A stretch of 64,000 nucleotides of DNA from Candidatus Woesearchaeota archaeon (GTDB lineage: Archaea; Nanobdellota; Nanobdellia; Woesearchaeales; GW2011-AR4). The translations under genes and the position numbers were made by a program. This document shows positions 16,913-27,135 of the stretch, in pieces (position 1 is the first letter of the stretch; each line of letters begins with the position of its first letter). The notes beneath the pieces were generated by a model, which saw nothing but the letters and a program-made list of their open reading frames with translations, searched no databases and had not been told where the DNA came from. The stretch spans positions 7,092 to 71,091 of the forward strand of contig JACPJQ010000004.1 in the NCBI GenBank assembly GCA_016187465.1, written 5' to 3'.

Positions 16913-17653
16913 TTATCCTATATTGGGGTTTATTTCCTCTGTTGGCTTTTCCGTGAATACAATTTTTATCATGTCCCCGGGAGGCACTTTTTCATAAGGA
17001 GAGATCACATAATCACGAGGATTTTCAATCAGGTTTCCGTTGACAAAAACATAAAGTTTTGCAGGTCTTTCATTGCACTTGTCCCCCTCATGAAATGAGG
17101 CTAATCCATTATCGGTTGGGACGATTATTCCATCACTGGAAAGAGAGCCGCCTATAGCATAGAAGAAAGCCCCCAAGCTGGCTGCTTTCCTGTCCAATAA
17201 AACTCCCTCTACATGAATTCTATTGTCATTATGGGCGTGCATTAAATCTGTCCCTTGCTTGTTTGAAAAGCCCTTTGGCTCTATCAGTTTAATTTCTTTG
17301 CCGCAAACCAGAAGTTCGTAGTCAGCATGCCAATGCACAGGACCTTTTGTAATTGAGATTATGTTTAAGTGCAATGTTGTCAGGATAAGATAGAGAGTTG
17401 TAAGCCCGATTGAAACCGCGATTAGTATATAAGCTGTCTTTTTTGCCGTTTCATTCATTTTTTTATTAAATAATAGAATTGTCACAATTAAAATGCCAAA
17501 AACCAAAGTGCCATAGCTGACTGCCTGCAGTTGGCTTATTGGATAAAGCTCAGAATGGTCAAGCATATACGCTTCTTCCTCTCCGTGGGCAATAACAATA
17601 AAAACAGATAAAACTAATATTAAAAATAAAAATACCAAAAACCTCTTTTTCAT
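16913..17653 (-). CDS. Membrane-bound multi-His protein, paralog 4
   Basis: Signal-AHG, 2 TMs, PVHWHADYE, LMHAHNDNRIHVEG, SLGAFF, VNG...YVI...GDMIKIVF. Confidence 0.75.
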   Translation of the reverse strand: MKKRFLVFLFLILVLSVFIVIAHGEEEAYMLDHSELYPISQLQAVSYGTLVFGILIVTILLFNKKMNETAKKTAYILIAVSIGLTTLYLILTTLHLNIISITKGPVHWHADYELLVCGKEIKLIEPKGFSNKQGTDLMHAHNDNRIHVEGVLLDRKAASLGAFFYAIGGSLSSDGIIVPTDNGLASFHEGDKCNERPAKLYVFVNGNLIENPRDYVISPYEKVPPGDMIKIVFTEKPTEEINPNIG

Positions 17654-17858
17654 AATGGCTTAATGAGGCAGATAATATTTAAAGTTATTCTTTTTTGCTT
17701 TTTAATACCACTCAGGAAAAAGGTCCAGCTTCATTTCATCTGAGATTATTACTGATTCTGTTTTTTTGATTATATACGGAAATTGATTTCTTATTTTTGC
17801 CGGTCATTACTGAAAAACCGCAACCTTTAAATACTTATGTCTATACTAGGTCTAGACT

Positions 17859-18683
17859 ATGCAAATACAGAAATTGGCTGTTAAGGAACAGCTTGTCAAG
17901 AATGTAGTGAAATCAGGCAATGGTGGTGCTGTCTGGGTTCCGAAAGACTGGCTGGGGCAGGAAGTTGTAGTTATACTGCCGGATAAGCCTAAATTAAGCC
18001 CAAGGAGAAGAGTATTGCGCATTCTTGAGCCTTATTTGAAAGATGTTATTGCAGTATTTATTTATGGCTCGTATGCAAGGCATGAAGAAACAGAAGAATC
18101 CGATATTGACGTCATGGTTATAACAAAGGAAAGCCAAGTGCAACTAAAAATAGATGAGCCTAATATTGAAGTAACAGCTTTTCAGCTGGATAATTTAAAA
18201 CGGGCAATTCAAAAATATCCTGTGGTGTACTGCCAGATTGTACAAGAAGCTGAGCCATTGATTAATTCCGATATTTTAAATGAATTAAAAAATATTAAAA
18301 TTGATAAAGAAGATTTCAAATACTATATTAATGAAACAAAAGAGCACATAAAAAGCAATAAAGAGCTTTTGGAGCTTGATAGATTAGACAATGTTTATGT
18401 CAAATCTTATTCAGCCGTATACTCGACAATGTTAAGATTAAGGGGAATTTTTATCGTAAAATGCATATTAAGCAAAGAAAAATTTTCAAATAAATCCTTT
18501 CAAGAATGGCTGATCAAGAAAGGGATGACGAATAAAGAATTTGAGCAATGCTATGCAGTTTATAGGTTAATCAGGGGAAATAAAACTGTTAAAAATATAA
18601 AAATCAAAATTTCTACTGCAGAAAAATTATTAAATGCCATAATAAAAGAGACTGAGTCTATAGAATCCAAAGTTCATGGTTAA
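17859..18683 (+). CDS. DUF2080-like N-terminus fused to a minimal nucleotidyltransferase (MNT) and helical domain
   Basis: VVKSGNGGAVWVPKDWLG; IYGSYARHE...SDIDV. Confidence 0.8.
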   Translation: MQIQKLAVKEQLVKNVVKSGNGGAVWVPKDWLGQEVVVILPDKPKLSPRRRVLRILEPYLKDVIAVFIYGSYARHEETEESDIDVMVITKESQVQLKIDEPNIEVTAFQLDNLKRAIQKYPVVYCQIVQEAEPLINSDILNELKNIKIDKEDFKYYINETKEHIKSNKELLELDRLDNVYVKSYSAVYSTMLRLRGIFIVKCILSKEKFSNKSFQEWLIKKGMTNKEFEQCYAVYRLIRGNKTVKNIKIKISTAEKLLNAIIKETESIESKVHG

Positions 18684-18867
18684 TAGAAAAAAGAGGCTTA
18701 AAAGGGGAATTGAATCGCTGGAAAAACAGATTGGGCTGCATGAGGAAAAATTAAAAAAAGCTTTTGAAGAAGACAACATTGAGCTGGCCGGATACTACAA
18801 AAAAGAGATAGATGCCAAGAAAAAAGATAAAGAGGAAAAGGAAAGAATTTTGAAAAAAGGAGGCTAA
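18676..18867 (+). CDS. Small coiled-coil protein
   Basis: 63 aa, overlaps the upstream gene. Confidence 0.6.
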   Translation: MVNRKKRLKRGIESLEKQIGLHEEKLKKAFEEDNIELAGYYKKEIDAKKKDKEEKERILKKGG

Positions 18868-19544
18868 TTCTGCTTCTTCTTGCATATAAACATACAATGG
18901 TCTTTCTGGAACGGCTCCAGTTCGCGGTAGTCGATAATTGTCAATGATTTTTCAAGCTTTTCCTTGACTTCCCTGAAAATCTGCTTTGGCTGCTTTGTAA
19001 CATCAATGCTTCTTGCCTTGACTGCCAATAAAGCATAACCGCCATTTTTCAAAAATAATGAAACATTTCTCAGGAAAATATCAACCTGGCTTTTCTGAGC
19101 AACGTCTTGGTACACAGCATCTACAGCAGATATTCTTTCCCTGAGTTCATTAACTTTTTTGGCGTCTGCCATAATAGGTAAAATATTTTCTCTTTGATAG
19201 GAGAGGAAAATCAAATCCCTCACAACTCTTGGTGCAACATCAACAGCAAAGATCGCTCCTTCATCCCCGACAATGTCGGAAACATGGCTGACGGTAGTTC
19301 CGGATGCAGAGCCAAGGTATAAAACAACATCATTTTTTCTTATGAAGATGGCAGGGCTCCCTTTTAGTATAGAAGCCGCAAGCTTGCTTTTGAAGGCGTC
19401 CCACTCCCTGTACTCAACTCCGTTCTCGACGACAAGCCGTTCCCCATAAACTTTTTTGCCAGTGATTAAATTGGCAGTGTAAAGCTGCCTTCTCTTTCCT
19501 TCCTGCGATTCATAAACCTCAAATATTTTTGAGCCGGCTATCAT
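18864..19544 (-). CDS. flpA: Fibrillarin-like rRNA/tRNA 2'-O-methyltransferase
   Basis: VYGE...YREWDAFKSKLAA, VLYLGSASGTTVSHVSDIV, VKARSIDVT. Confidence 0.97.
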   Translation of the reverse strand: MIAGSKIFEVYESQEGKRRQLYTANLITGKKVYGERLVVENGVEYREWDAFKSKLAASILKGSPAIFIRKNDVVLYLGSASGTTVSHVSDIVGDEGAIFAVDVAPRVVRDLIFLSYQRENILPIMADAKKVNELRERISAVDAVYQDVAQKSQVDIFLRNVSLFLKNGGYALLAVKARSIDVTKQPKQIFREVKEKLEKSLTIIDYRELEPFQKDHCMFICKKKQN

Positions 19545-20479
19545 CTTGAAAATTTATCCTCCAGCATTTTTCTAAGCTTGTCTCCTATGAATTTGCCCCG
19601 GAAATAGTCAACCTTTGCTGCTATGGATATCTTGTCGGCCAATGCCCTTGCCACCCTGCCGTGCATTTTGTCCGGGACTCCGGCAATCAAGACATGGCTG
19701 ACTATTACGCCGTGCCTTGGCGGCTTTGCTCCGGTTTTCATGTGCCTGAATAATGCTTTTTCCGCGCCGAGAATCTGGACTGTTGACGATGGCATCTCGC
19801 TCAATCTTTTCAAAGAGCCGGCGTGCTCAATAAGCTTTGCCCCAACCGCGACATCACAGACTGCCTTGACATTCGGGCAAAGCCCATCCATTAGAGCAGA
19901 GATATACTCCAATTGGGCTTTTCTCAACTGGTATAAGTCATGAATTTGGTGGATTAAGCTCCTTATCGGCTCTAGATCCTCCTGCTCCAAATCAGCTCCG
20001 ATCGAGCTAGAGGCATCAATTTTTAAATCATTAAATAATTCTGATTTTTCCTTTTCCAAAATTGCTCCAACAAATTCCTCATGGTTTTCTATCGCCCTTG
20101 ATGTTTCAGGATTGTAAAGTTCATACCACTCCCTTAATCGCTTCGCCATAAGATTTATGGCTTTGTCAAGTTCATCAACAGACTTGGTGGCCTGTATAAG
20201 CAATACGTCGTCATTAACGGAATTTTTTACATCAGATTTTGTTAACTCAAGGTTTTTATCGTGGAAATCAATTAAGAATTTTTTATTTTTAAAGTGCAAT
20301 AATATATTTTTAAATTCTTTTTCGCCAGGCTCTTTGAGATTCTTATGTTTATTTTTAATTATTTCTATTGTTTTTTCTTTGTTTTTATAAGCCTCTATGT
20401 CTTTGAATAATATTTCATCAACTACTTTAAACTCATTATTAAAAACAAATATGCCAAGTATGTTTGAAAACAGATACAT
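19541..20479 (-). CDS. nop5: Nop5 (Nop56/58) C/D box RNP subunit
   Basis: RLREWY...PE; MPSSTVQILGAEKALFRH...PPRHG. Confidence 0.95.
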   Translation of the reverse strand: MYLFSNILGIFVFNNEFKVVDEILFKDIEAYKNKEKTIEIIKNKHKNLKEPGEKEFKNILLHFKNKKFLIDFHDKNLELTKSDVKNSVNDDVLLIQATKSVDELDKAINLMAKRLREWYELYNPETSRAIENHEEFVGAILEKEKSELFNDLKIDASSSIGADLEQEDLEPIRSLIHQIHDLYQLRKAQLEYISALMDGLCPNVKAVCDVAVGAKLIEHAGSLKRLSEMPSSTVQILGAEKALFRHMKTGAKPPRHGVIVSHVLIAGVPDKMHGRVARALADKISIAAKVDYFRGKFIGDKLRKMLEDKFSR

Positions 20480-20519
20480 ACTAAAAAGAAGTGGCTATTG
20501 TTTTTTAAAGATGTCGAAT

Positions 20520-22301
20520 CTACCTATTTATTATCTTAAAATGCGGCTTTCTAAAGACTGAATTAGGTATTCTATCAACACCGATTTGGGTTATATGAAA
20601 GACTGTAACCATATCAATCAAGTTTGGATCATAATACTTCATTAATGAACCTACCCCATAGTCTTCTAGTACGCTCTGTAAATCATCTCTCGGGATTTTT
20701 ATTTCTTGAATTATATCCTTAGCTGCTTCGATAGCCTCTTTTAAAGTTGTGTAATCGGTAACACTTTTATTTTCTATAGTTGGCACATTAACTTCATTAA
20801 ATCCGTAAATCTTTTTTAGTCTACCCTTATATTCTTTTGTTTGGTGGCTCAATTTTTTTAATTTGGAATATTCGTGCAACCTTTGGCTCTGTAATTGCAT
20901 CAACATATTTGTATTGTATTTTAAAGTTGAATTGATTTTCATTTTGCCAGTCGTATCTATTGTTACTCCAATCTTTTCTAAAGAAGATAGATGACTAACT
21001 AGGCTTTCTTCCATCTCCCTCATTCCATTGATAAAACTTGCTACGCTATTAGTATACATGAAATAAAGGTAAGGCATATTGCGATTTATAGCTGCTATTG
21101 CATCAGTAGCTTCCTTTATTTGGCCAGCCGGCAACTCAAGAAAATCTTCTAAAGCTCCGGTTTTAATTCCCTCAAGAAAATATTCCGATATGAGAGTTGT
21201 GTATTCCATAACCTTTTTGCTGGTTACCCTATTTCCCAGTTTACCATAGAACTCTGAACCGGTTAATTGATATAAAGTTTTATTAACGCCGTCTATAAGT
21301 AATTGAAACGACCATAGCTGGTTAGATTTAGTTGGTTTATCTTCATCTTCCTCTATTAACCTGGAATAAACTTCTTGAAAGCACCGCAATAGAATTGATT
21401 CGAGCACACGTTGATTGTACCGGAGTTCTGTTATTGTTTTTACACGCATACTTTTATAGGGAACTTCTTCCTTATGATAAACTCCCCTTTCAAGATGGGG
21501 GTCAAATTTTTCATGTGCCTGAACAATGCCCTTTTCCCTCATATAATCTAATTTGGTAACTCTTGCAAATAAGGTTTCATCATTTACTTCACCTATTACA
21601 TTCTTAAGAACCTCCTTGATTTCAGGAGCTAAAGAAATTGGCACTTCTGGTAAGATATTTTCGTCAGAAGCCTGCGTCAAACCTTTTCTCCTACTTAGAT
21701 ACCTCATGACCCCTTGATGAATTCGTTCCCATAGGTCGTAATAGTGAATGTAGGGACCTCCTGGATTAAAGCTAATGTACCATTCCAAAAAAACGGGATT
21801 TATTTGAGCGAGTTGGAAATACAAATTTTTATTTAGAGGTGACTTGGTTTTTCCATTTAACCAAAGTTTTACTGCACCTTTGGTTATTGTAGCGGCGTCA
21901 CCGCCAATTGACCCGTATACCCTGTCTAGGGCTTCGTCATATTCCTCGGGACTAAAATCTCGATTTCCTTCCAACATTATTCTCTGCTCTAAATTAGCTT
22001 CGGTCTTAATGCCCTTCCACAAATTTATTCTGAGTCTTGGTATACTTTTTCCTTCAGAATTCTCCTCAAAAATAACTTGGGTGGCGTATCTGTATCTAGG
22101 AGACTCCATTAGATAAGGTATGATCTCACTAAGGTCTTTTTTAACATACTGACTTTCGTATAAAACCACATCTCCTTCCTGAAGTTCGGAGGCCTTTTTC
22201 TTAAAATAAACTTTATTGTTAATCCTAACATAAACCGGATTATCTCTACCTAATAAGGTACTGCCTGCTGTTGTTTCTACAGCTAGTATGTTACTTGACA
22301 T
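20520..22301 (-). CDS. Large hypothetical protein, apparently atypical composition
   Basis: 593-aa ORF with no recognised motif; appears AT-richer at third codon positions than neighbours. Confidence 0.7.
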   Translation of the reverse strand: MSSNILAVETTAGSTLLGRDNPVYVRINNKVYFKKKASELQEGDVVLYESQYVKKDLSEIIPYLMESPRYRYATQVIFEENSEGKSIPRLRINLWKGIKTEANLEQRIMLEGNRDFSPEEYDEALDRVYGSIGGDAATITKGAVKLWLNGKTKSPLNKNLYFQLAQINPVFLEWYISFNPGGPYIHYYDLWERIHQGVMRYLSRRKGLTQASDENILPEVPISLAPEIKEVLKNVIGEVNDETLFARVTKLDYMREKGIVQAHEKFDPHLERGVYHKEEVPYKSMRVKTITELRYNQRVLESILLRCFQEVYSRLIEEDEDKPTKSNQLWSFQLLIDGVNKTLYQLTGSEFYGKLGNRVTSKKVMEYTTLISEYFLEGIKTGALEDFLELPAGQIKEATDAIAAINRNMPYLYFMYTNSVASFINGMREMEESLVSHLSSLEKIGVTIDTTGKMKINSTLKYNTNMLMQLQSQRLHEYSKLKKLSHQTKEYKGRLKKIYGFNEVNVPTIENKSVTDYTTLKEAIEAAKDIIQEIKIPRDDLQSVLEDYGVGSLMKYYDPNLIDMVTVFHITQIGVDRIPNSVFRKPHFKIINR

Positions 22302-22390
22302 ATTACCACTTATGAATGGTGTTAATATTTAAATATCTTTCGTTTAGCGAGAACAATAGATTAATAAATGAAAAGTATTATTAAACCGGC

Positions 22391-22693
22391 ATGACGCTGG
22401 CTTACATAACCTGCAAAGACAGGAGAGAGGCTGAGAATATATCAATGCGCTTGCTGAAGAAAAGGATTATAGCATGCGCGAATATATTTCCGATAAAAAG
22501 CATGTACTGGTGGAAAGGAAAAATTGTTAAGGATAGTGAGAATGTCATAATCGCAAAAACAAAGAGCAAAAATTTTAAAAGGCTCGAAAGCGAAGTAAAA
22601 AAGATCCATTCATATAACATTCCATGCATTTTAAAGATAGATGCTGTTTCAAACAAAGAATACGAGCGGTGGGTAAACAAAGAGATAAGGTAA
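22391..22693 (+). CDS. cutA: Divalent cation tolerance protein CutA
   Basis: ACANIFPIKSMYWWKGKI...E...KT...HSYNIPCI. Confidence 0.92.
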   Translation: MTLAYITCKDRREAENISMRLLKKRIIACANIFPIKSMYWWKGKIVKDSENVIIAKTKSKNFKRLESEVKKIHSYNIPCILKIDAVSNKEYERWVNKEIR

Positions 22694-22694
22694 G

Positions 22695-24374
22695 ATGCCG
22701 TTTCACTTGATAAAAGAGGTGCGGGACATAAAGAGATTCAACCGAATACTTGCAGTCCTATTTGAGGAGGGCTTTGACTTTCTTTTGAGCAGGATAAAGC
22801 TTAAGCATAATGTGCCGATAACAAAAAGGCTGACGTCTAAGCTCAAAAAAAGCGAAGACAAAAAGCCGGAAGTAATGCTGAGAAGGACTCTTGAGAGGCT
22901 GGGCCCGACTTTCATAAAGCTTGGGCAGCTTTTGAGCGTAAGGCCTGATTTGGCGCCAAAAGAGTACTGCAAAGAGCTTGAGAAGCTGCAGGACAATGTT
23001 CCCGAATTCCCGTTCAATGAGGCAAAATCAATAATAGAAAAAGAGCTTGGCAAGAGCATGGGGCAGCTGTTTCTTCATTTTGAGAAAAAACCGATAGCCT
23101 CTGCTTCAATAAGCCAAGTTTACAGGGCTGTGCTGAAGAATGGCGATAAAGTTGCTGTAAAAATCCAAAGGCCCGATGTCAGGCGCATAATGGAAACCGA
23201 CATAGAGATAATGATTTATTTTGCAAAACTTCTTGAAAGGAATGTGGAAAGGGTAAGGATGTTTAATCCGTCAAAGATTGTGAACGAGTTTAAGGAATGG
23301 ACGGAAAGGGAGCTGGACTTCAGGCTTGAAGCGAGGAATGCAGGCAGGTTTTACCAGAATTTCAGGGGCAGCAGAACAGTCCGCATACCTAAAGTCTATG
23401 ATGACCTGTCAACTGAAAGGGTGTTGACTCTGGAGTTCATAGAGGGCACTGAGCTTCACAACATAAGCGAAATCAAAAAAAGAAAGCTTGACTTTAACAA
23501 AATAATGAAAAACGGCTTCGATGCTGTTTTCACCCAGGTATTTGTGCACGGCATTTTCCATGCCGATCCTCATCCGGGCAACATAATTATAATGGGTGAT
23601 AATTCGATTGCGTTTGTTGATTTTGGCATTGTGGGCTATTTTGATGAAAAACTGAAGAACAAATGCGTCGACCTCCTTTATGGAATTGTGGAGCAGAATG
23701 AAGAGCTTGTAGTCAGTACATTAACAAGCATGGGAATGGAAAATGGCACTGATTACGACCAGCTGAATGCGGATATCGGATTTATAATCCAGAGGCTGCA
23801 AGGCTCTCAGATTAAAGATATCAAGATAAGCAGGGTGCTTGAGGAAATACTTGACATTGCGCTGAAGCACAAGCTGAAAGTGCCTGCCTCTTTTGTTTTG
23901 TTTGGGAAAACAATAATAATTTTGGAAGGCGTGGCGCTTGAATACGACCCGAATTTCAAGATTGTGGAAACCGCCAAGCCATTTATAGAGAGGATTATCG
24001 CGAAAAGGAAAAACCCGGTGTACATGCTGAGAAGCTTCGCCCACAGCATAGAGAGATACAAGAAATTTGCCGAGGAATTCCCTGAAAAGGCTGAAAGGGC
24101 GCTTGACAAGATACAGAGGGGAACAATAAAAGTGGATATTGAAGATACTGATATAAAGAAGCTGGCATTGGAGATAGACAGGAGCAGCAACAGAGTTGCT
24201 TACGGCCTGCTTATTGCGGCTTTGCTTATTACGTCTGCAATACTGATAAACATAGAGAAAGGGCCGACTATACTTGGCATACCCTTTTTGGCATTTTTCA
24301 GCTTTTTTTTCGCGTCAGTATTCGCATTCATACTATTCGTATCAATATTAAGGGAAAAATTCAGGCACTGGTGA
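22695..24374 (+). CDS. AarF/UbiB (ABC1) family atypical kinase
   Basis: LGPTFIKLGQ, ASASISQV, VAVKIQRP, FHADPHPGN, DFG. Confidence 0.93.
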   Translation: MPFHLIKEVRDIKRFNRILAVLFEEGFDFLLSRIKLKHNVPITKRLTSKLKKSEDKKPEVMLRRTLERLGPTFIKLGQLLSVRPDLAPKEYCKELEKLQDNVPEFPFNEAKSIIEKELGKSMGQLFLHFEKKPIASASISQVYRAVLKNGDKVAVKIQRPDVRRIMETDIEIMIYFAKLLERNVERVRMFNPSKIVNEFKEWTERELDFRLEARNAGRFYQNFRGSRTVRIPKVYDDLSTERVLTLEFIEGTELHNISEIKKRKLDFNKIMKNGFDAVFTQVFVHGIFHADPHPGNIIIMGDNSIAFVDFGIVGYFDEKLKNKCVDLLYGIVEQNEELVVSTLTSMGMENGTDYDQLNADIGFIIQRLQGSQIKDIKISRVLEEILDIALKHKLKVPASFVLFGKTIIILEGVALEYDPNFKIVETAKPFIERIIAKRKNPVYMLRSFAHSIERYKKFAEEFPEKAERALDKIQRGTIKVDIEDTDIKKLALEIDRSSNRVAYGLLIAALLITSAILINIEKGPTILGIPFLAFFSFFFASVFAFILFVSILREKFRHW

Positions 24375-24377
24375 TAA

Positions 24378-24884
24378 ATGCCGCAAGCTGTTGTTCATGT
24401 CCTGTTCACGATTATCGCATTGGATTTATTTAGGGACCATTTTCTTAAGGACAAGAAAAAGCTGCCATTGCATCTCGTATTTATCGGAGGCGTAGCAGGA
24501 TTGCTGCCAGATATTGATGTGCCGTTATTTTGGTTATTGAATAATTTTCTAGGATTTAATGTGCCGTTCTTCCACAGGATTTTTACACATACGTTCCTGT
24601 TTATTCTTATATTTTTGGTCATAGCATTGATTTATCTGGATTTTAACAAAAAAGCCAGCATACTGTTTTTTGTCATCGCATTTGGAGTCGGATTCCATGT
24701 TTTCCTGGACTGGTTTCTTGTAGGCGGTATAGCGCCTTTTTACCCGTTTTCAGATGCAAGCTACGGCTTGGGTTTGGTTGCAAGAACCAACCTGCCGTTG
24801 GCAATTGAAGGACTTGAAGCAATTGTCCTTTTATGGTGGCTGTGGCACGAGGAGAAAACGCACAAGATAAGGGATTTTATTTAG
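24378..24884 (+). CDS. YdjM-like membrane metal-dependent hydrolase
   Basis: H...LPDID...HRIFTHT...HVFLD. Confidence 0.85.
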   Translation: MPQAVVHVLFTIIALDLFRDHFLKDKKKLPLHLVFIGGVAGLLPDIDVPLFWLLNNFLGFNVPFFHRIFTHTFLFILIFLVIALIYLDFNKKASILFFVIAFGVGFHVFLDWFLVGGIAPFYPFSDASYGLGLVARTNLPLAIEGLEAIVLLWWLWHEEKTHKIRDFI

Positions 24885-25266
24885 AGAAAAAAGTTTTGAC
24901 AGAAGGTTGATGAAACTTAGTGATTATACCCATTAAACGAAAATCCATTAACGGAAAACTCAATAAAAACAAAAAAATCAAAAATCCAGCCCGCCTTCAA
25001 AAATTAAAGAACGTGGAGAAAAGAAACAGGATCCAAAATCAACATACACATTAAGAAGGTGGGTTGGTGATAAAAGAATATCCTATCCCGATTTTGCTTC
25101 GAGGAGTTATGATTTAACACGTCATGGTGATTCACAATCGGTTTTGTATTTGCTACAGTATTCAAAAAAATAAGAAAAATCACGACAAAAGTTCGCCCAA
25201 TTAATCAATTCTTGCGCCCTTGGAATTATCGCCTTCCGTCTAATTTGCAGATAAGGGCAAAATTAT

Positions 25267-25515
25267 TTAGAAAACTCCAAAATTCCTCAAAAGCCTTACA
25301 GCCAATGCAACCAAAAAGACAACAGCCACTGCTGTAAATATGCTGCTTTTTCTCTTGTCCTTAACAGAGATGATGTAGCCCGCCAATGCAAGCCCTGCAG
25401 TTAACGACAGCCATTTCCATACATCGCTTATGTTTGTATAAAATACGTACGCTTCCGCCAATGCGACAGGCAATGCAATTTTAAGTATCAGTTCCCAGTT
25501 ATAATCTTCTTCCAT
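25267..25515 (-). CDS. Small membrane protein
   Basis: 3 TM segments, coupled to pyrH. Confidence 0.6.
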   Translation of the reverse strand: MEEDYNWELILKIALPVALAEAYVFYTNISDVWKWLSLTAGLALAGYIISVKDKRKSSIFTAVAVVFLVALAVRLLRNFGVF

Positions 25516-25516
25516 T

Positions 25517-26194
25517 TTAGCTTATTACAGTGCCTTTAAATTTTTTCCCATTTAGCAAATTTTCAAAATTTCTTAATTCCCCGCCGAGAATAATTACTTT
25601 AATGCCTGATTTCTGCGCCTCTTTTGCTGCAATGGGATCGAAGGGGGCATTCATTCCAGCTTTCCACTTGCCGCCAATTAATTTTAGGTAGCCTTTCCAT
25701 TTCATTTTTTTAATTTTTTTTGCATTCCTGTATTTTCTTGGGTCTTTGTCGTAGACATATGCCACATTGCTCATGTTGATTACTTCAGCAACGCCGAGAT
25801 TCTTAGCCAGCAGAACAGCATCGTAGTCGGTGCTGCACCCGGGAAGCCATCCGGATGCCATAAGCACGCTTTTTTTGAAACTTAATTTTGAGTTCGGATT
25901 GTCAACAATAAAGCTTTCTGCATCATTCTTGAATATTGACTTCAGCAATAATGCGTTTAATTTAGTCGCGCCAATTCCTATGATATCCAAATCTTTGTTA
26001 TTTAATTGCGCTATTTCAGAAGCAGCTTTCTGCATGTTTCTTGCAAGCATGCCTCCGCCGCAGTATATGGCAAACCTGCAGTTTTGCTTAATATACTTTT
26101 CAATGGTTTGCTTGAATTTTTTTAAGAAATTTGCATCTATGCTGTCTGGCACTATCAAAGATCCTCCCAAGGACAAGACAATTGTTTTCGGCAT
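25517..26194 (-). CDS. pyrH: UMP kinase (archaeal type)
   Basis: VLSLGGS, GGGMLAR, PGCSTD, NVAYVYDKDP, PFDPIA. Confidence 0.95.
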   Translation of the reverse strand: MPKTIVLSLGGSLIVPDSIDANFLKKFKQTIEKYIKQNCRFAIYCGGGMLARNMQKAASEIAQLNNKDLDIIGIGATKLNALLLKSIFKNDAESFIVDNPNSKLSFKKSVLMASGWLPGCSTDYDAVLLAKNLGVAEVINMSNVAYVYDKDPRKYRNAKKIKKMKWKGYLKLIGGKWKAGMNAPFDPIAAKEAQKSGIKVIILGGELRNFENLLNGKKFKGTVIS

Positions 26195-26234
26195 TTTAGA
26201 TTAAGTTAGAACATTGATATAAAAACTTTCTGAT

Positions 26235-26585
26235 TCAGCTCCCAATTCCAATCAAAGTAACGCCTACTATTATGAATACAATGCCAAACCATTTTAGCTT
26301 GTTCATTTTTTCTCCCAGAAATTTGACGCTGAGCAGGCTAACCCAGATATAGGTCAATGCAACGAAAGGGTACAACACAGATAAGTCTCCTCCTTTCAAA
26401 GCAGGTATGAACAGAATTGTTCCAATAGCGTATAAGGCAACTCCGCCAAAGAGAGGGTAGTTTGTCGCTAAAGAGTTTATTCTTGAGAGCTTCTTTGCCG
26501 ATGCTTTCTTTAATAAAATCGGTCCAAAAGCACCTATTAAAGTTGCTGTGATTACAAGCCCTATCGCCCATAGCTGGGTTGCCAT
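26235..26585 (-). CDS. SMR/EamA-like (ArnE/F-type) small transporter subunit
   Basis: 4 TMs, LSVLYPF...LGEK. Confidence 0.8.
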   Translation of the reverse strand: MATQLWAIGLVITATLIGAFGPILLKKASAKKLSRINSLATNYPLFGGVALYAIGTILFIPALKGGDLSVLYPFVALTYIWVSLLSVKFLGEKMNKLKWFGIVFIIVGVTLIGIGS

Positions 26586-26960
26586 TTAAATTGCCCCCGG
26601 AACACTGCCTTTGCTGCCGTATCCTATTGATATTATGCCCGCAATGATTGAAATAACGCCGAGCCATTTGAAAATATTCATTGCCTCGTTTAAAAAATAC
26701 ATCGACAAAAAGCTGACCCAGATGTAGCTGGTTGCGATTATCGGATACAAAACAGAAACTTCGCCGCCCCTGAAAGAGACTATCATCAAAATGCCCCCAA
26801 CAGCATAAAGCAAAATTCCTGCGATTAGGTAGTAATTTGTGAGGATTCCAATAATGTCAAAGCTTAGAGTTGAAGAGCCAAATTTGTACAAAAGCTGGGC
26901 TGAAGATGTAAGAAGAGTTGTGAACAAAATGAGCAAAGCCGCCCATAATTTGGTTGCCAT
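26586..26960 (-). CDS. SMR/EamA-like small transporter subunit
   Basis: AQLLYK, VSVLYPI...LNE; paralog of the neighbour. Confidence 0.8.
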   Translation of the reverse strand: MATKLWAALLILFTTLLTSSAQLLYKFGSSTLSFDIIGILTNYYLIAGILLYAVGGILMIVSFRGGEVSVLYPIIATSYIWVSFLSMYFLNEAMNIFKWLGVISIIAGIISIGYGSKGSVPGAI

Positions 26961-27135
26961 TTTTATATGAGAAAATCAGTTATATTTATGTTTTTGGATT
27001 TATATTATTGTTAATTGGGAAGGTAATCAACTTAATCGTACCCGTTTTCGAGAGATTATCGGGGTATTAATATTGGAAGAATGTATTTTCATTGAATTTA
27101 CGCATTAAACGAAAACTCAATAAACTAAAAAATCT

